DNA of 64,000 bases from Octopus bimaculoides (lineage: Eukaryota). The notes under the pieces were generated by a model. The model searched no databases. It had not been told where the DNA came from and was given only the letters and a program-made list of their open reading frames with translations. The position numbers and the translations under genes were made by a program. Position 1 is the stretch's first letter. Each line of letters starts with the position of its first letter. Below are positions 38,889-52,766 of this stretch, in pieces. The stretch is from NCBI RefSeq assembly GCF_001194135.2, contig NC_068984.1, positions 123,316,585-123,380,584 of the forward strand, read 5' to 3'.

Positions 38889-39660
38889 CTAATAAGCAGT
38901 TCTAATATATTTGAGTACTTGTTCATATCCATCATTTGGAAAGGACCAGTGCTGCATAAACTCTGTTAGATTAGAATCTAATTGTGTGCACCAATGTCTT
39001 GTTTAATTTGTCTCTTTGCCCAACTGCACAGCGAGTCAACAAGGTTTGTAGTTGCATGAGTAAGTGGATCAACGAAATGTAGAGTATGGCTCACCATCAG
39101 ATGCTGAAAACCAACATGATTAATGGCGTTGTATGACCTCAGAGATTGTTTCCAACTGTTGTTTCTGGTAAAGTAAAAAAAGAAAAACAATCTTGTAGCA
39201 CATTCTACAGTTCTATAATCTACTACAGCCAAAAAACACTTCCTAGAACCGCCCTCAAGACCTCTAAAAGCGCACAGAGTTTTAACTAAATGGCCTGCAC
39301 ATGACAAATGCATTCTTATCAATTTCAACAGTGGGATTATCACTACTGATTCCAATTTGAATTTGAATATGAATAATGCTTTGCGCATATGTCACAACAG
39401 TAATTCTTCCAGCTCGCTATAGCCTTTGATGCCAATTTACATAATAATGTGAGAACTTTCATACTCAACATTTCATGCGTCCAATAATACGTGAGGTCAA
39501 CGACTTACAAAAGAGATACTTTGCTTCGGAAGAAAGAAATTTGTTTGTTTGCAATGATAATTGTTTTAAGCCCTCATCACCCACCTCTATAGGTATCCAC
39601 TCACGATTTATATCTTCTGTGAACTTTATATCTTCTCCGCAGTCAAGACACATTTGAATG
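38889..39660 (-). pseudogene. Decayed Merlin (IS1595/ISXO2-like DDE) transposase
   Basis: CLDCG, PTVEIDKNAF, GGSRKCFLAVVDYRT, SYNAINHVGFQHLMVSHTLHFVDPLTHATTNLVDSL, QLDSNLTEFM..QVLKYIRTAY*. Confidence 0.88.
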
Positions 39661-39775
39661 CAAACAAACGGTACCCATAATTTTTAAGAAAAGCTATTGT
39701 ATCTCGTGTTTTTGTTGTTAATCTCTTCAACTCTCTTCTATTAACACACTTGGTAAGTTAATCATCGTAATTCAT

Positions 39776-39855
<80 letters not shown>

Positions 39856-40134
39856 ATATCAGAATTAATAGAGCGTTGAAAAATTGCTTTCTTGTGGTTC
39901 GCAACGTTCTGAGTTCAAATCCTGTCGAGGTAAGCTTTGCCTTTCATCTCGTTGGATCGATAAGGAAAGAACACAACACACTGCCCGGTCCGGAAATCGA
40001 AACGAAGTCCTTGCGATCAGTGAATGTAACATCCTAACCACTAGACCACGCGCCTTCGACAAGAACTGCAATTATTTGGATAAAATCACTTCCTGGCCGA
40101 TAGAATGCAGTTGTCATATGTGAAGGAGGTTGTT

Positions 40135-40740
40135 AGTCGGCAAAATACGTGTGTTGTTCCCTGTAAAACCGTAAAGGCCCCTATTCTTTTAATCTTTTGT
40201 ATAAATCAACTGGAATATGAGGCTTATCAAAATAAAGTAATATTCTTTGATCTGAATCTGCGAAAAAGAAACAAATACACAAATCGAAGCCAACGAACCC
40301 CTACTTCAATACCATTGAAGCTATTATCAGATGGTTTGGCAAGAACAATACGAAACTAAATGAGAATAAATTCGAACAACTCCAGTTTGGTAAAGGAGAT
40401 AGTATAAGAGAAACCAATTTTCTTTCTTCCATTTGGCAAACCCCGAGGCCTTCAAATAACATCCAGGAGTCATTATTGATGGAAAATTAGATTTAAATGT
40501 TTGCGTTATAAACACAATTGATATTTCCAAAAAAAGAAAATGTATTCTTGGTTAGTCAGAATATTCCATTCAAGATAATGTAATATAATTTATTTGTACT
40601 TTGCCTTTGTCCGAAAACTTCTAGAACAGTGCTGTCCATTATGGATATTATACATCAAAAAGAAGAGAGCATAATGAAAATCGAAGCTCTGCAGAGATCG
40701 ATCTTAGTGAAAAATAAAAGGCCTGGACAGTTTGAAATGT
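40135..40740 (+). pseudogene. CR1/L2-type LINE RT C-terminal fragment
   Basis: VKAPILLIFCINQL, IIRWFGKNNTKLNENKFEQLQFG, GVIIDGKL, LEQCCPLW, KIEALQRS. Confidence 0.8.
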
Positions 40741-41139
40741 TTCGGGGTCACTTAAAAACATTTATATTTTCAATGTATTTGGGAATAATTTGTAAATTTA
40801 CCCAGTGCGCAAAATATAAAACGGATATTTTAACGACATATAAATACAGTTGAAAAAAATAACAAAAGAATAAAAAACAAAACAAAACGAAATAAAACAT
40901 CCAAGAGCAAAATTTTGCATCGCTAAAACTCTGGCAAAATAAAACCTGAAAAGTAGTCTCTGTGCCTTTATCCATTCTGCTGTCTCCGCCACTCACCTTT
41001 CTTTCCTGGGATATTAGAAACAACTTCCAGTAATTCTGCTTAAAGGTTTACCCCCTCCCCACTTCTCCAAATGCATCTACTGCCTCTCTAATGCTGCCCG
41101 AAATTCACAAGTGACCAACAACGTTTTAACCATATCTTT

Positions 41140-41440
41140 TCTAGTATCACTGACGTGTATTTTGAATTACTCTGTTCTGAAGACGTCGTCCACGGTGACT
41201 TCAAAGTTTATACCTCTCATTGGCTTTTGTACTCGTTCCACATCAATGCTGCAGAAATAACCTTTTGCAATCCTCAACTCTCAACAACAATTAGTTCCAT
41301 CTCTTTCGTGCATCGCTGATCGACGTATAGGAATTTCTAACACCCTTAATCTCTTTCCCACGTCCAAACCAGCCTCTGCCAAAATCATCAACCGTCTTTG
41401 CACCTATTACTTGTACGATCACTTTAGCATGATTACCTAC
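41140..41440 (+). pseudogene. LINE APE-type endonuclease fragment (CR1-like)
   Basis: VVHGDFKVYTSHWL ... NTLNLFPTSKP ... YDH. Confidence 0.55.
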
Positions 41441-41832
41441 AACACATTCACATACACTGCAACGCTCACTACCGCCTGAACCTTGTAGCAGTAGAGCAGC
41501 TGACTGGCTTTCGTCAGGTCTACGCTAACTAACCCTAGATAGTATACGTGCATAAGCTTTGGCAATCGGAGACAGCTAAGCAGGTGATGAATGCCATCCG
41601 CTTAAACAGGACGATCCAGATCTCGCACACAGCCAAAACAAATCCGAATCCTCTAAAGGGTTCATTTGTAGCTGTATTGCAGCAGTGCAAGCAAAGAACA
41701 CGGCCTAGAACACATTAAAAATTCCCCTCCCCAACAAGCAAAATCGTTTCTACCTATTTACCTCTGTTGCGGAGCAATACCCCCAACATTTACTGTTCAC
41801 TTGGTACTAATCTCGTACTTTTTTTGATTAAG

Positions 41833-42160
41833 AGGAGTGGAAGTGCGTGACTTAGTGGTTATGGATATTCAGCTCACTATCGTGAGGTCGTGAGTTCGAT
41901 TCCCGGTGGCATGTGGTGTCCTTGAGCAAGACACTTTATATCATGTTGCTCCAGTCCACTGAACTGGCAAAAATGAGTTGTACCTGTAATTCAAAGGACC
42001 AACCTTGTCACATTCTGTGTTACCCTAAATTTCCCTGAGAGCTACGTTAAAGATATACGTGTCTGTGGAGTGCTCTGCCACTTCCACGTTAATTTCGCGA
42101 GCATGCTGTTCCGTTGATCGGATCAATTGAAACTCTTGTCGTCGTACCCGACGGAGGACC
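41833..42160 (+). mobile_element. CORE-type SINE with the family A tail
   Basis: tRNA head, CORE and hairpin tail. Confidence 0.8.
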
Positions 42161-42632
42161 AGTTAAGAGGAAAGACAGTGCCAATGGCCCCTTATAGAGA
42201 ATCTGAGACTGGTCAGAGCAAAGGCAAAGTATAAATCTTGTTCGAATCTTTGCAATAGAGTAGACTCCATTAAAGTTACCCACGGTAACAGGTGGCGGTG
42301 TTACATCGGTCGATCGATTAAGTCTACCACCCACATCGACCATGGCGGGATTTGAACTCAGAACGCAAAAAAAACCCTCCTAAAATTCTGGAATAACTAT
42401 CGCATCTGGTCCGGCGTCCAAACGAATCCGACAACACCGCCTTGGATGGAAACTTTTATATCGCCCTCGAAAGGATGAAAGTCAAAACTGACCCAGGTAG
42501 GATTTGAGTTCAGAGAGCAGAGAGTAAGAACAAATACTACGAAGCATTCTGTTCGGCACTCTAACAACTCTGTCGCTGCTTGCACAGACCAAGTAAAACT
42601 GTAAGATTTTCTTGCTCCACTCAACTAAGTTC

Positions 42633-43018
42633 GTTGTTGGCACTCCGTCGCTTACGACGTCGAGGGTTCCAGTTGATCCGATCAACAGAACAGCCTGCTC
42701 GTGAAATTAACGTGCAAGTGGCTGGACACTCCACAGACATGTGTACCCTTAACGTAGTTCTCGGGGATATTCAGCGTGACACAGAGTGTGACAAGGCTGA
42801 CCCTTTGAATTACAGGCACAACAGAAACAGGAAGTAAGAGTGAGAGAAAGTTGTGGTGGAAGAGTACGGCAGGGTTCACCACCATCCCCTGCCGGAGCCT
42901 CGTGGAGCTTTAGGTGTTTTCGCTCAATAAACACTCACAACGCCCGATCTGGGAATCGAAACCGCGATCCTATGACCGGGAGTCCGCTGCCCTAACCACT
43001 GGGCCATTGCGCCTCCAC
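42633..43018 (-). mobile_element. Young SINE family A
   Basis: TSD caac(t/g)aagttc at 42622-42632 and 43020-43030; (CAA) tail. Confidence 0.92.
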
Positions 43019-44564
43019 ACAACGAAGTTCACAACCACATAAAAATACACGCCAAATGTAAAAGCACCTAATGTTATTTTCAACAAGCAAGTCCATCAAC
43101 TCTCACAGTGTCCCTTCCTTTATTCTCAAGCCAGGTTTCACAGAACTCCCATCCGCGCCATAATATTTTCCCCATGATTTCATACTTTATGAAAAAGCAA
43201 CTTTTTTCAGCTCGCCAACTTTCACCCATTGTTCTCTCATTTCCAACATCTCAAAGGTGATAGATACAGTCATTAACATTATATCCTCCAACGCCTTGAA
43301 TCCATCTCCTTCGTTGGTCGTCAATACGGTGCAGTCTACAGGAGGCTTGTTTTCTGCTATCTCATTCACCAGTGGGCTCTTCTCCGTCTCTCTTCACGGA
43401 CACACACACACACACACATACGTGCGCACGCAATCACACACATACACACACACACACACACACAAACACAAACACACACAGAGTTATGTATACCATGTTT
43501 CTTCTTCTTCTTCTTCTTCTCCTCCTCCTCCTTCTCCCTTTCCTTATTTGTCTCCTCCTCCTTCTCTTCATCCCTCTTCTTCTCCTCCTCTTTCTCCCCC
43601 CTTCTTCTCCTCCTCTTTCTCCCCCCTTTCTTCTCCTCCTCTTTCTCCCCCTCCCCCTTTTCGAGTTTACTTACAACAGCTATAGTGGAACAAAACAGCT
43701 GATGTGTATACAAGATATCGGAATAGCATGTTTAACCAGTTGGTTAAACACGGTCTCTCATTATTAACGTGTGAATTATTGTTTCAGCAAAAACTCTTTT
43801 AAGAGAGAGAGAGGAATATCTCACATACGACAATCACAGTGAGATAAGTGAAAGTGACCAATAAATCAAGAAAAGTGAATATAAAATATAAAACAAAGCG
43901 AGGTGAGATATGGTTAAATAAAACAAATATCAGTACGAGGTGATATGAAAGCGGTTGCAGTATGCATATCATTTTGGCGGGTGGGGTACTTATGTGTAGG
44001 AGATACATGTGAGAGGGGAATGACTTAGAGACTATATCCTTTTGATTGGGTGTTTATTAAAAATTAGTAAAGTGGTAGTAATTAAATAAATTATTGATCG
44101 AAAAGATGATTAAATAATAAATCACTAAACGTATAAATTCAACAGTAAATAATTTAAACGAAATAATCGATAGTCGAGCAAATACTTAGTTGCATTATTA
44201 AATTATTGGCTAATGATTAATAATCGATCGATAAACAAAACAGGGATAAAGTAGGACATATCAAGACAATACGTGACAAAGTAGTGATATATGATATGGA
44301 TATATTATATCGAGTGAACACGCGTTGGAGGTGGATGTGATTAGTGAGTATCCGGAAGACAAGAGAAAGATATACGGTGTTTCATGATGTTACATGATGT
44401 TACATGATGTGGCATGATGTTACATGATGTTACAAATTTTCATTGCAGCAGCATTCAGAATTCATATTTTATAAAATTTTATTTTATTATTTTAATATTT
44501 TTTTTTGTACTTGTTCCACCACTTTGAAGATTTTAGACGAATGAATCGAATCCGGTTCTTATTT

Positions 44565-44676
44565 TTGAAGTCTGGTACTTATACTATTGGTCACTATTGT
44601 AGAACTGCTAAGTTACGAGGACATAAACAAACCAACACCATATGTCAAACGGTGGTGGGGGACAGACACAACACAG

Positions 44677-44712
<36 letters not shown>

Positions 44713-44952
44713 GCATATACATTACATACATACATGCATGCAAGCATACATACATACATAATACATACATACATACATACATATGCAATGGGTTTTCTCA
44801 CAGTTTCCGTCTACCAAATTTTGTTAAAAAGCATTAGTCGGCTCGGGGATATAGCGAAAAATACTTGCCCATGGTGCAGTATGGTGCAGTACAGTGGAAC
44901 AAAACTCAGAAACACATGGTTGTAAAGTGAACTTTTTAATCACACAGCCATG
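44565..44952 (-). mobile_element. SINE family D with internal microsatellites
   Basis: Head and tail of family D separated by (CA)n and (TACA)n. Confidence 0.8.
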
Positions 44953-45706
44953 CTTATGCCTATACTCATAGTTAAAGCGCAAAGCACGAACAAAAATGAT
45001 GACCAACGCAGGAAACTGGTTGCTTCGGTGGAGTCGCTGGAATGGACTCATCCCCATTTTTGCGAAGTGCAACGATACAATCCTACAATAAGGGCTTAAA
45101 AGCTTCGCTGGTAAGCACCAGCGTATTTAGATTCAATAATGCATGGTTGTTTGAACCAATCCAGTATGCTAAACGAGTATGTGGGCAATGAAATTTAAGG
45201 TTAAGTATGAAGTTCAGTCTACAAATCTTCAACTTTGATTCTATATTACATAATATTTTGGGCATTAACTCTGTATCATGCAACACAATGTAACTCCATA
45301 TATTTTCATCTCAAAGGCCCGACTACTCACTGATCATCTCAGCCTCCTCAAGTTCCATTAGTTTATCCCCTGTCGTTTTCCCAACTCTATCGTGTGTTGT
45401 CTTCACATATCCATCACCTTCCCCGTATCATTTATTAATCAATAATTAATCAATTATTAAGCATTAACCAATATGTAATTATGCAACTAACCATTTACTC
45501 AACAATCGATCTATTTACTTAATCTATTTCTTAACTTATTTATTTATTCATTTATCCATTTAGTTATTTAACTGTGTATTTAATCATAAATTAATCTTTT
45601 ATTTATTTAATCAAACATTAATCTTTTATTTATTTAATCAAACATTAATCTTTTATTTATTTAATCCTCATATTATTCAGTTTCTCGTTTTGATAATTTC
45701 TCTTAA

Positions 45707-45775
<69 letters not shown>

Positions 45776-46140
45776 ACTATTAAGCTTCGAAGATATTTTC
45801 CCTCTCACAAGTAATTCTCAAATAGGTATCTCAAACACTTAATATTATTCAGCTACATCTCACATTCACATTATTATATTATCTTATTTTACCTCTTCTT
45901 ATCCTCAAGTATTCAGCATTTCATAATTATTTAGATAATTCATTGACCACTTCCCCTTACCTATTATTGATTCTGATCTGAAAGTTACCAATCCTTCTCT
46001 GAGGATTTTGATGAATTATAAAATATTTCACACTTTAATGATGCATTTAACCAATGAGATGCATGTGTTCTGCAGTCTTGTATACATAATACATACATAC
46101 ATACGTACATACATACACACACACATACACATATTTATAG

Positions 46141-46304
46141 GCACAGGCATGGCTGTGTGGTAAGAAGTTTGCTTACCAACCACATGGTTCCCAGTTCAGT
46201 CCCACTGCGTCGCACCTTGGGTGAGTGTCTTTTTCTATAGCCTCGGGCCGACTAAAGCCTTAGGAGTGGATTTGGTAGACGGAAACTGGAAGAAGCCTGT
46301 TGTA

Positions 46305-46341
<37 letters not shown>

Positions 46342-46702
46342 GAGTGGCTGTGTGGTAAGTACCTTGTTTATCAACCACATAGTTCCGGGTTCAGTCCCAC
46401 TGCGTGGCATCTTGGGCAAGTGTCTCCTACTATAGCCTCGGGCCGACCAAATCCTTGTGAGTGGATTTTGTAGACGGAAACTGAAGGAAGCCCGTCGTAT
46501 ATATGCGTGTGTGTGTGTATTTTTGTGTCTGTGTCTGACAACTGATTCTGGTGTGTTTACATCCTTGTAACTTATAGGTTCGGCAAAAGAGACCGATAGA
46601 ATAAGTACTAGGCATCCAAAGAATAAATCCTGGGGTCGATGTGCTCGACTAAAGGCGGTGCTCCAGCATGGCTGCAGTCAAATGACTGAAACAAGTAAAA
46701 GA
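46141..46702 (+). mobile_element. SINE family D with duplicated head (46141-46295 and 46342-46500)
   Basis: Two ggctgtgtggtaag heads, each followed by (TA)n, then one tail. Confidence 0.85.
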
Positions 46703-46823
46703 GTACATGTATAATGCGCATCTACGCACGTACTTAGACACACACATACACATACACACACACACAGACACACATACACGCACGTATATACGTATGCATG
46801 TCACTACTCAGAGAATATAATCA

Positions 46824-46851
46824 TCTATATATATATAAAAATGAGAATGTG

Positions 46852-46882
<31 letters not shown>

Positions 46883-48280
46883 GTGAATCCCTAAAACTCG
46901 AGAACTACGCAACCAATTTCATTCAAATTTTACAGATGCCTTACTTAGGGTTCCAGTTGTGTTTTAGTCAAAAAACATTTTAATTCTTGCAGAGTTCGAG
47001 CCCACAGCAACATAATATTTCCTCCACTATTTAAGTATTACGTGTCAAAAGTGAAACAAAAACACTCATGTCAAATACTTTCACTTTAAAAATGAAACTA
47101 TTCTACTAACTGAAACAATCACATTTCGATACTGTAATGACAGATACTTTCAGAGAGAGAGAGAGAGAAAGAGAGAAAGAGAGAAAGANNNNNNNNNNNN
47201 NNNNNNNNNNNNNNNNNNNNNNNNNNNNNNNNNNNNNNNNNNNNNNNNNNNNNNNNNNNNNNNNNNNNNNNNNNNNNNNNNNNNNNNNNNNNNNNNNNNN
47301 NNNNNNNNNNNNNNNNNNNNNNNNNNNNNNNNNNNNNNNNNNNNNNNNNNNNNNNNNNNNNNNNNNNNNNNNNNNNNNNNNNNNNNNNNNNNNNNNNNNN
47401 NNNNNNNNNNNNNNNNNNNNNNNNNNNNNNNNNNNNNNNNNNNNNNNNNNNNNNNNNNNNNNNNNNNNNNNNNNNNNNNNNNNNNNNNNNNNNNNNNNNN
47501 NNNNNNNNNNNNNNNNNNNNNNNNNNNNNNNNNNNNNNNNNNNNNNNNNNNNNNNNNNNNNNNNNNNNNNNNNNNNNNNNNNNNNNNNNNNNNNNNNNNN
47601 NNNNNNNNNNNNNNNNNNNNNNNNNNNNNNNNNNNNNNNNNNNNNNNNNNNNNNNNNNNNNNNNNNNNNNNNNNNNNNNNNNNNNNNNNNNNNNNNNNNN
47701 NNNNNNNNNNNNNNNNNNNNNNNNNNNNNNNNNNNNNNNNNNNNNNNNNNNNNNNNNNNNNNNNNNNNNNNNNNNNNNNNNNNNNNNNNNNNNNNNNNNN
47801 NNNNNNNNNNNNNNNNNNNNNNNNNNNNNNNNNNNNNNNNNNNNNNNNNNNNNNNNNNNNNNNNNNNNNNNNNNNNNNNNNNNNNNNNNNNNNNNNNNNN
47901 NNNNNNNNNNNNNNNNNNNNNNNNNNNNNNNNNNNNNNNNNNNNNNNNNNNNNNNNNNNNNAATGAGACGCATTTTTGCCTCCACTGATTCACTTGCAAA
48001 GTGTTGAGTAAAATTATTTCGTTGCAGACCTCCTTTGGGTCTTTTTATTATCACTACGACACACATAGTCCCCAGTTGGTAACATTGATTTCAAGGCCCT
48101 CCTAGATGAGAGACTGGCATTCCACTTAATGTCTATGTTCCATGCTGGCATGGATTGGAGAGTTATTAATGTAGAAATATGGTATCGTAGCTACTAACAG
48201 TTGAGGGTTGCGTAGTCTAGACAGCGTTTTTAGATTTCATTATTCTCTTTAACCCGGGCAAAGCCGGGTATTTCTGCTAG
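46824..48280 (+). mobile_element. Non-autonomous Helitron (spans a gap)
   Basis: A|TC start, (GTCT)n near the 5' end, 3' hairpin ACCCGG-gcaaag-CCGGGT at 48252-48269, CTAG|T end, no TSD. Confidence 0.75.
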
Positions 48281-49107
48281 TGTTCTATAAGCGTCTATCG
48301 CTATAATCCATAGACGTACAGATGTCACTTTATAGTGATCGCATTTGTGAGCCCATCTACTGAAAGTCGTATGGCCATGCATGAGTCGCGAGCTGTGCTG
48401 GTACAACCAGTTGGAAGTGCACAGTTACAAAATCTGCGCATAGGTGGCGGGTGTATAATTCTAACATCGTTGTTGTGTCTTCATGTGGTGGGGATCAACT
48501 CTGGTGAAAATTCTTGTGACCGAGCAGACCTTTTTAGGAAGAGCGCTGTTCCCCAGATCATTGATAACAAGGAAGCACAGAAAGGCGACAATCAATAATT
48601 GCATTGTTCAGTAGCTCAGTGGTTAGAGCGTCAGGCTTACAATCGTGCGGTTGTAAGTTCGATTCCAGGACCGGGCCTAGTGTTATGTTCTTGAGCAAGA
48701 CACTTTATTTCACTTTGCTTCAGTTCATTCAGCTGTAGAAATGATTTTTGACGTCACTGGTGCCAAGCTGGATCGGCGTTTCCCTTTCCCTTGGATAGCA
48801 TCGGTAGCATGTGCGCGCGCGCGCGTTTGAGCGCGTGCGTGTGCTTGTATGTGTGTATGTATGTGTGTGTGTGCGTGTGTTTGTGTGTCTCTGTTTGTCA
48901 CCCCACGGTCACTTCACAACCGATGTCCCCTCAACTTAGCAGTTTAGCAAAAGAGACCCATAGAATAAATACTAGGCTTACAAAGAATACGTCCTGGGGT
49001 CGATTTGTTCAACTAAAGGCGCTGCTCCAGCATGGCTGCAATCAAATGACTGAAGCACGTAAAAGAATAAAAGAATGTATATATATGTAAGAAATCGAAG
49101 GCGCTTT

Positions 49108-49342
49108 CCGAGCTATAGGCTTATGAAGCCGGTTTCCCGGGTTCCGTGACGCATACATATCCCAGCTGGACGAGACGCTGGTCTGTCGAAGAAGAACTCA
49201 TTTTTGCCTGCTGAGTGGACCGGAACAACGTGAAATGAAGGGTTTTGCTCAAGAGCACAACGAATCGTCCGATGCTGGATTCGAAAACGCATTTTTACGA
49301 ATACGAGTGCAACGCACTAACCACTAAGCCACGCGTCTCCAC
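49108..49342 (-). mobile_element. SINE family E
   Basis: Homologous to 20841-21103. Confidence 0.8.
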
Positions 49343-49489
49343 GTATATGCACACACACACACAAAAAGTACCCCCACTTTCTCTCTCTCTGCGCCTCTCT
49401 CTGTATATATTTATATATGTGTGTATATATATATATTTTATTTTCTATATATACACACATACATGCATTAATACACACACACGCACATA

Positions 49490-49578
<89 letters not shown>

Positions 49579-49871
49579 TACAGTATATGAGGATGGGCTT
49601 TCATGTTGATATGCCAATACCTAAAAGAATTTGTCTGTGTTTCTTTGTTGGTGTGTATATGTGTGTGTATGTGAGTATGTGTATGTGAGTGTGTATATGT
49701 GTGTGTGTGTGTAAGTGTGTGTGTGTGTGCACGCCTGTATGCGTAAGCAGTATACACAGAATGTAACGAATACGTGTTGTTTTTCGATTTTCTGCTAGTC
49801 TCTATCGACCTCTTTAGCTATCGACTTCTCAAGCCTTGATATGTATACTTATACTCCCCCCCCCACCGACG

Positions 49872-49921
<50 letters not shown>

Positions 49922-50081
49922 CATACACACACACACAAGCACACACAAGCACACACACCGACACACACACGTGCATCAATGAATTCAGAACATTTGTGCG
50001 AGAATGCAAACGCATATACATATATGCATACATGCATGTATGCATATGTATATATATAAATATATTAATACTTACACAAAC

Positions 50082-50157
<76 letters not shown>

Positions 50158-50313
50158 GTATGTATTTTTCTGTGTTCATACTCTTACGGGAAACACTTAC
50201 ATATACAAACACATACATATATGTATGTACATGAGTGCCAATACATTAAACAAATATTTATATCTCTCACTATATAATATACATATATATGTATATGCAT
50301 GTGCACATATACT

Positions 50314-50367
<54 letters not shown>

Positions 50368-50425
50368 TAGTAACGTATGTGCAGACATATATATGCTCAT
50401 ATATATCGCTATGTATTAGTATATT

Positions 50426-50457
<32 letters not shown>

Positions 50458-50498
50458 CATACATAAATATATAGATACACACACACACAGACACGCAT

Positions 50499-50540
<42 letters not shown>

Positions 50541-50569
50541 TCAACAGATGATATCCCGAGATTCTCAGG

Positions 50570-51045
50570 GCGAACACGTGGTATAAAACCGACAAATGTC
50601 AAGGGGTGATGTTTGTAGAAGCCATAGCCTATGGAGAACTAGCCCGTAGATTTAGAAAAGCTCTGAAGGAGACCAAGCTCAACATTAAGTTTGTTGAAAA
50701 GCCAGAGAACTCCGTATGATCACAACTATGTAGGACGTACCCCTTTCAGAATACCTTGTGCACCAATGATAACTACATGGTATGTACGATTAGCCCTGGC
50801 ATTAACTGTAGAACTAGAAATGTAGTTTACAGCATAAAATGCATAGAAATTGCTTTTAAAGACATGAACATGACATACAAAGGGGAGACATCTAGGAGCA
50901 TTGCGGAACGACTAAATGAACATCTGAGACAATATGACGACAAAAAATAGTCCTCCATACAATACCAACATGCTAAAGACCAGCATGGATGCAACCTGGG
51001 TCAACTTGATATCCGCATCTTATTCAAGCACCCAAAAGACCCAAC
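50570..51045 (+). pseudogene. Penelope-like element linker and GIY-YIG endonuclease fragment
   Basis: TWYK..VMFVEA..GELARRFRK..CRTRNVVYSIKC..YKGETSRSIAERLNEH; two in-frame stops. Confidence 0.88.
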
Positions 51046-51670
51046 GGGAGTACGTCCTTATAAATGAAATTTCTCCAATACTAAATAGGAAATATACATA
51101 GTAGATATCATACGCCCATACTCACAGTTTACACAGGTAGAGCAGAATAGTTAGTGGGCTGTTATGTAGATAGATGTATCTATGTATGTATGTATGGGTG
51201 GGTGTACGTATGTGTATATGCACATGTATGCAAGCATATGGATATGAAAATAAACAGGTCAACATACAGACGGATAGGTACATAGGTTATATGAACAGAC
51301 AAGCACACATACGCGAATGGATACTGAAACACATGACCATATATACACACACTTTACTTCACACAAGGACACATATGGAAACATGTGTCTACACGTATGG
51401 AGATGCACATCCATACATACAACCATGGTACAAAACACACAGACACACACAGACTCAGACATGCACACACAAGGAGACAGCGGTGCATACATATATAAAC
51501 ACATGTACACACATACATAAAAAAAACACACAAACACGGACACGCAAGCACATGAATATGCAGAATACATACAGATGCACACACATGCATACATATATAT
51601 ACATATGCATACACACATGTATACCTACACACACTTACATACATACATACATGCATGCATGCATGCATAG

Positions 51671-51705
<35 letters not shown>

Positions 51706-52642
51706 CGCACAAATAAACAAAAAGGAACGCAGTATAAATAACGGACAAAGTCTATTGAAAAGATTGCAAGACGCAACAAAAATTTTAGGAAAATAAAAAT
51801 AAGAAATAAGTGGATAAAAATAGATTTTACCGGTGAGTGTGTTAAATTATAAGGCACGAAAAGAAAATGACTCTCCCAAGACACAACAGTATATATATAT
51901 ATATNNNNNNNNNNNNNNNNNNNNNNNNNNNNNNNNNNNNNNNNNNNNNNNNNNNNNNNNNNNNNNNNNNNNNNNNNNNNNNNNNNNNNNNNNNNNNNNN
52001 NNNNNNNNNNNNNNNNNNNNNNNNNNNNNNNNNNNNNNNNNNNNNNNNNNNNNNNNNNNNNNNNNNNNNNNNNNNNNNNNNNNNNNNNNNNNNNNNNNNN
52101 NNNNNNNNNNNNNNNNNNNNNNNNNNNNNNNNNNNNNNNNNNNNNNNNNNNNNNNNNNNNNNNNNNNNNNNNNNNNNNNNNNNNNNNNNNNNNNNNNNNN
52201 NNNNNNNNNNNNNNNNNNNNNNNNNNNNNNNNNNNNNNNNNNNNNNNNNNNNNNNNNNNNNNNNNNNNNNNNNNNNNNNNNNNNNNNNNNNNNNNNNNNN
52301 NNNNNNNNNNNNNNNNNNNNNNNNNNNNNNNNNNNNNNNNNNNNNNNNNNNNNNNNNNNNNNNNNNNNNNNNNNNNNNNNNNNNNNNNNNNNNNNNNNNN
52401 NNNNNNNNNNNNNNNNNNNNNNNNNNNNNNNNNNNNNNNNNNNNNNNNNNNNNNNNNNNNNNNNNNNNNNNNNNNNNNNNNNNNNNNNNNNNNNNNNNNN
52501 NNNNNNNNNNNNNNNNNNNNNNNNNNNNNNNNNNNNNNNNNNNNNNNNNNNNNNNNNNNNNNNNNNNNNNNNNNNNNNNNNNNNNNNNNNNNNNNNNNNN
52601 NNNNNNNNNNNNNNNNNNNNNNNNNNNNNNNNNNNNNNNNNN

Positions 52643-52724
<82 letters not shown>

Positions 52725-52735
52725 GATATATATAT

Positions 52736-52766
<31 letters not shown>

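Noticed and set aside
39092-39097. Another minus-strand ATG|GTGAGC motif
   Set aside because: It lies inside the Merlin fossil. ATG-GT motifs occur by chance (also on the plus strand near 5179 and 31528).
40627-40640. cagtgctgtcca resembling a hAT TIR
   Set aside because: It is part of the LINE RT motif LEQCCPLW and has no partner TIR.
50717-50719. In-frame TGA in the GIY-YIG fragment as possible selenocysteine
   Set aside because: Not at a cysteine-type position and a TAG also interrupts the frame; ordinary decay is more likely.
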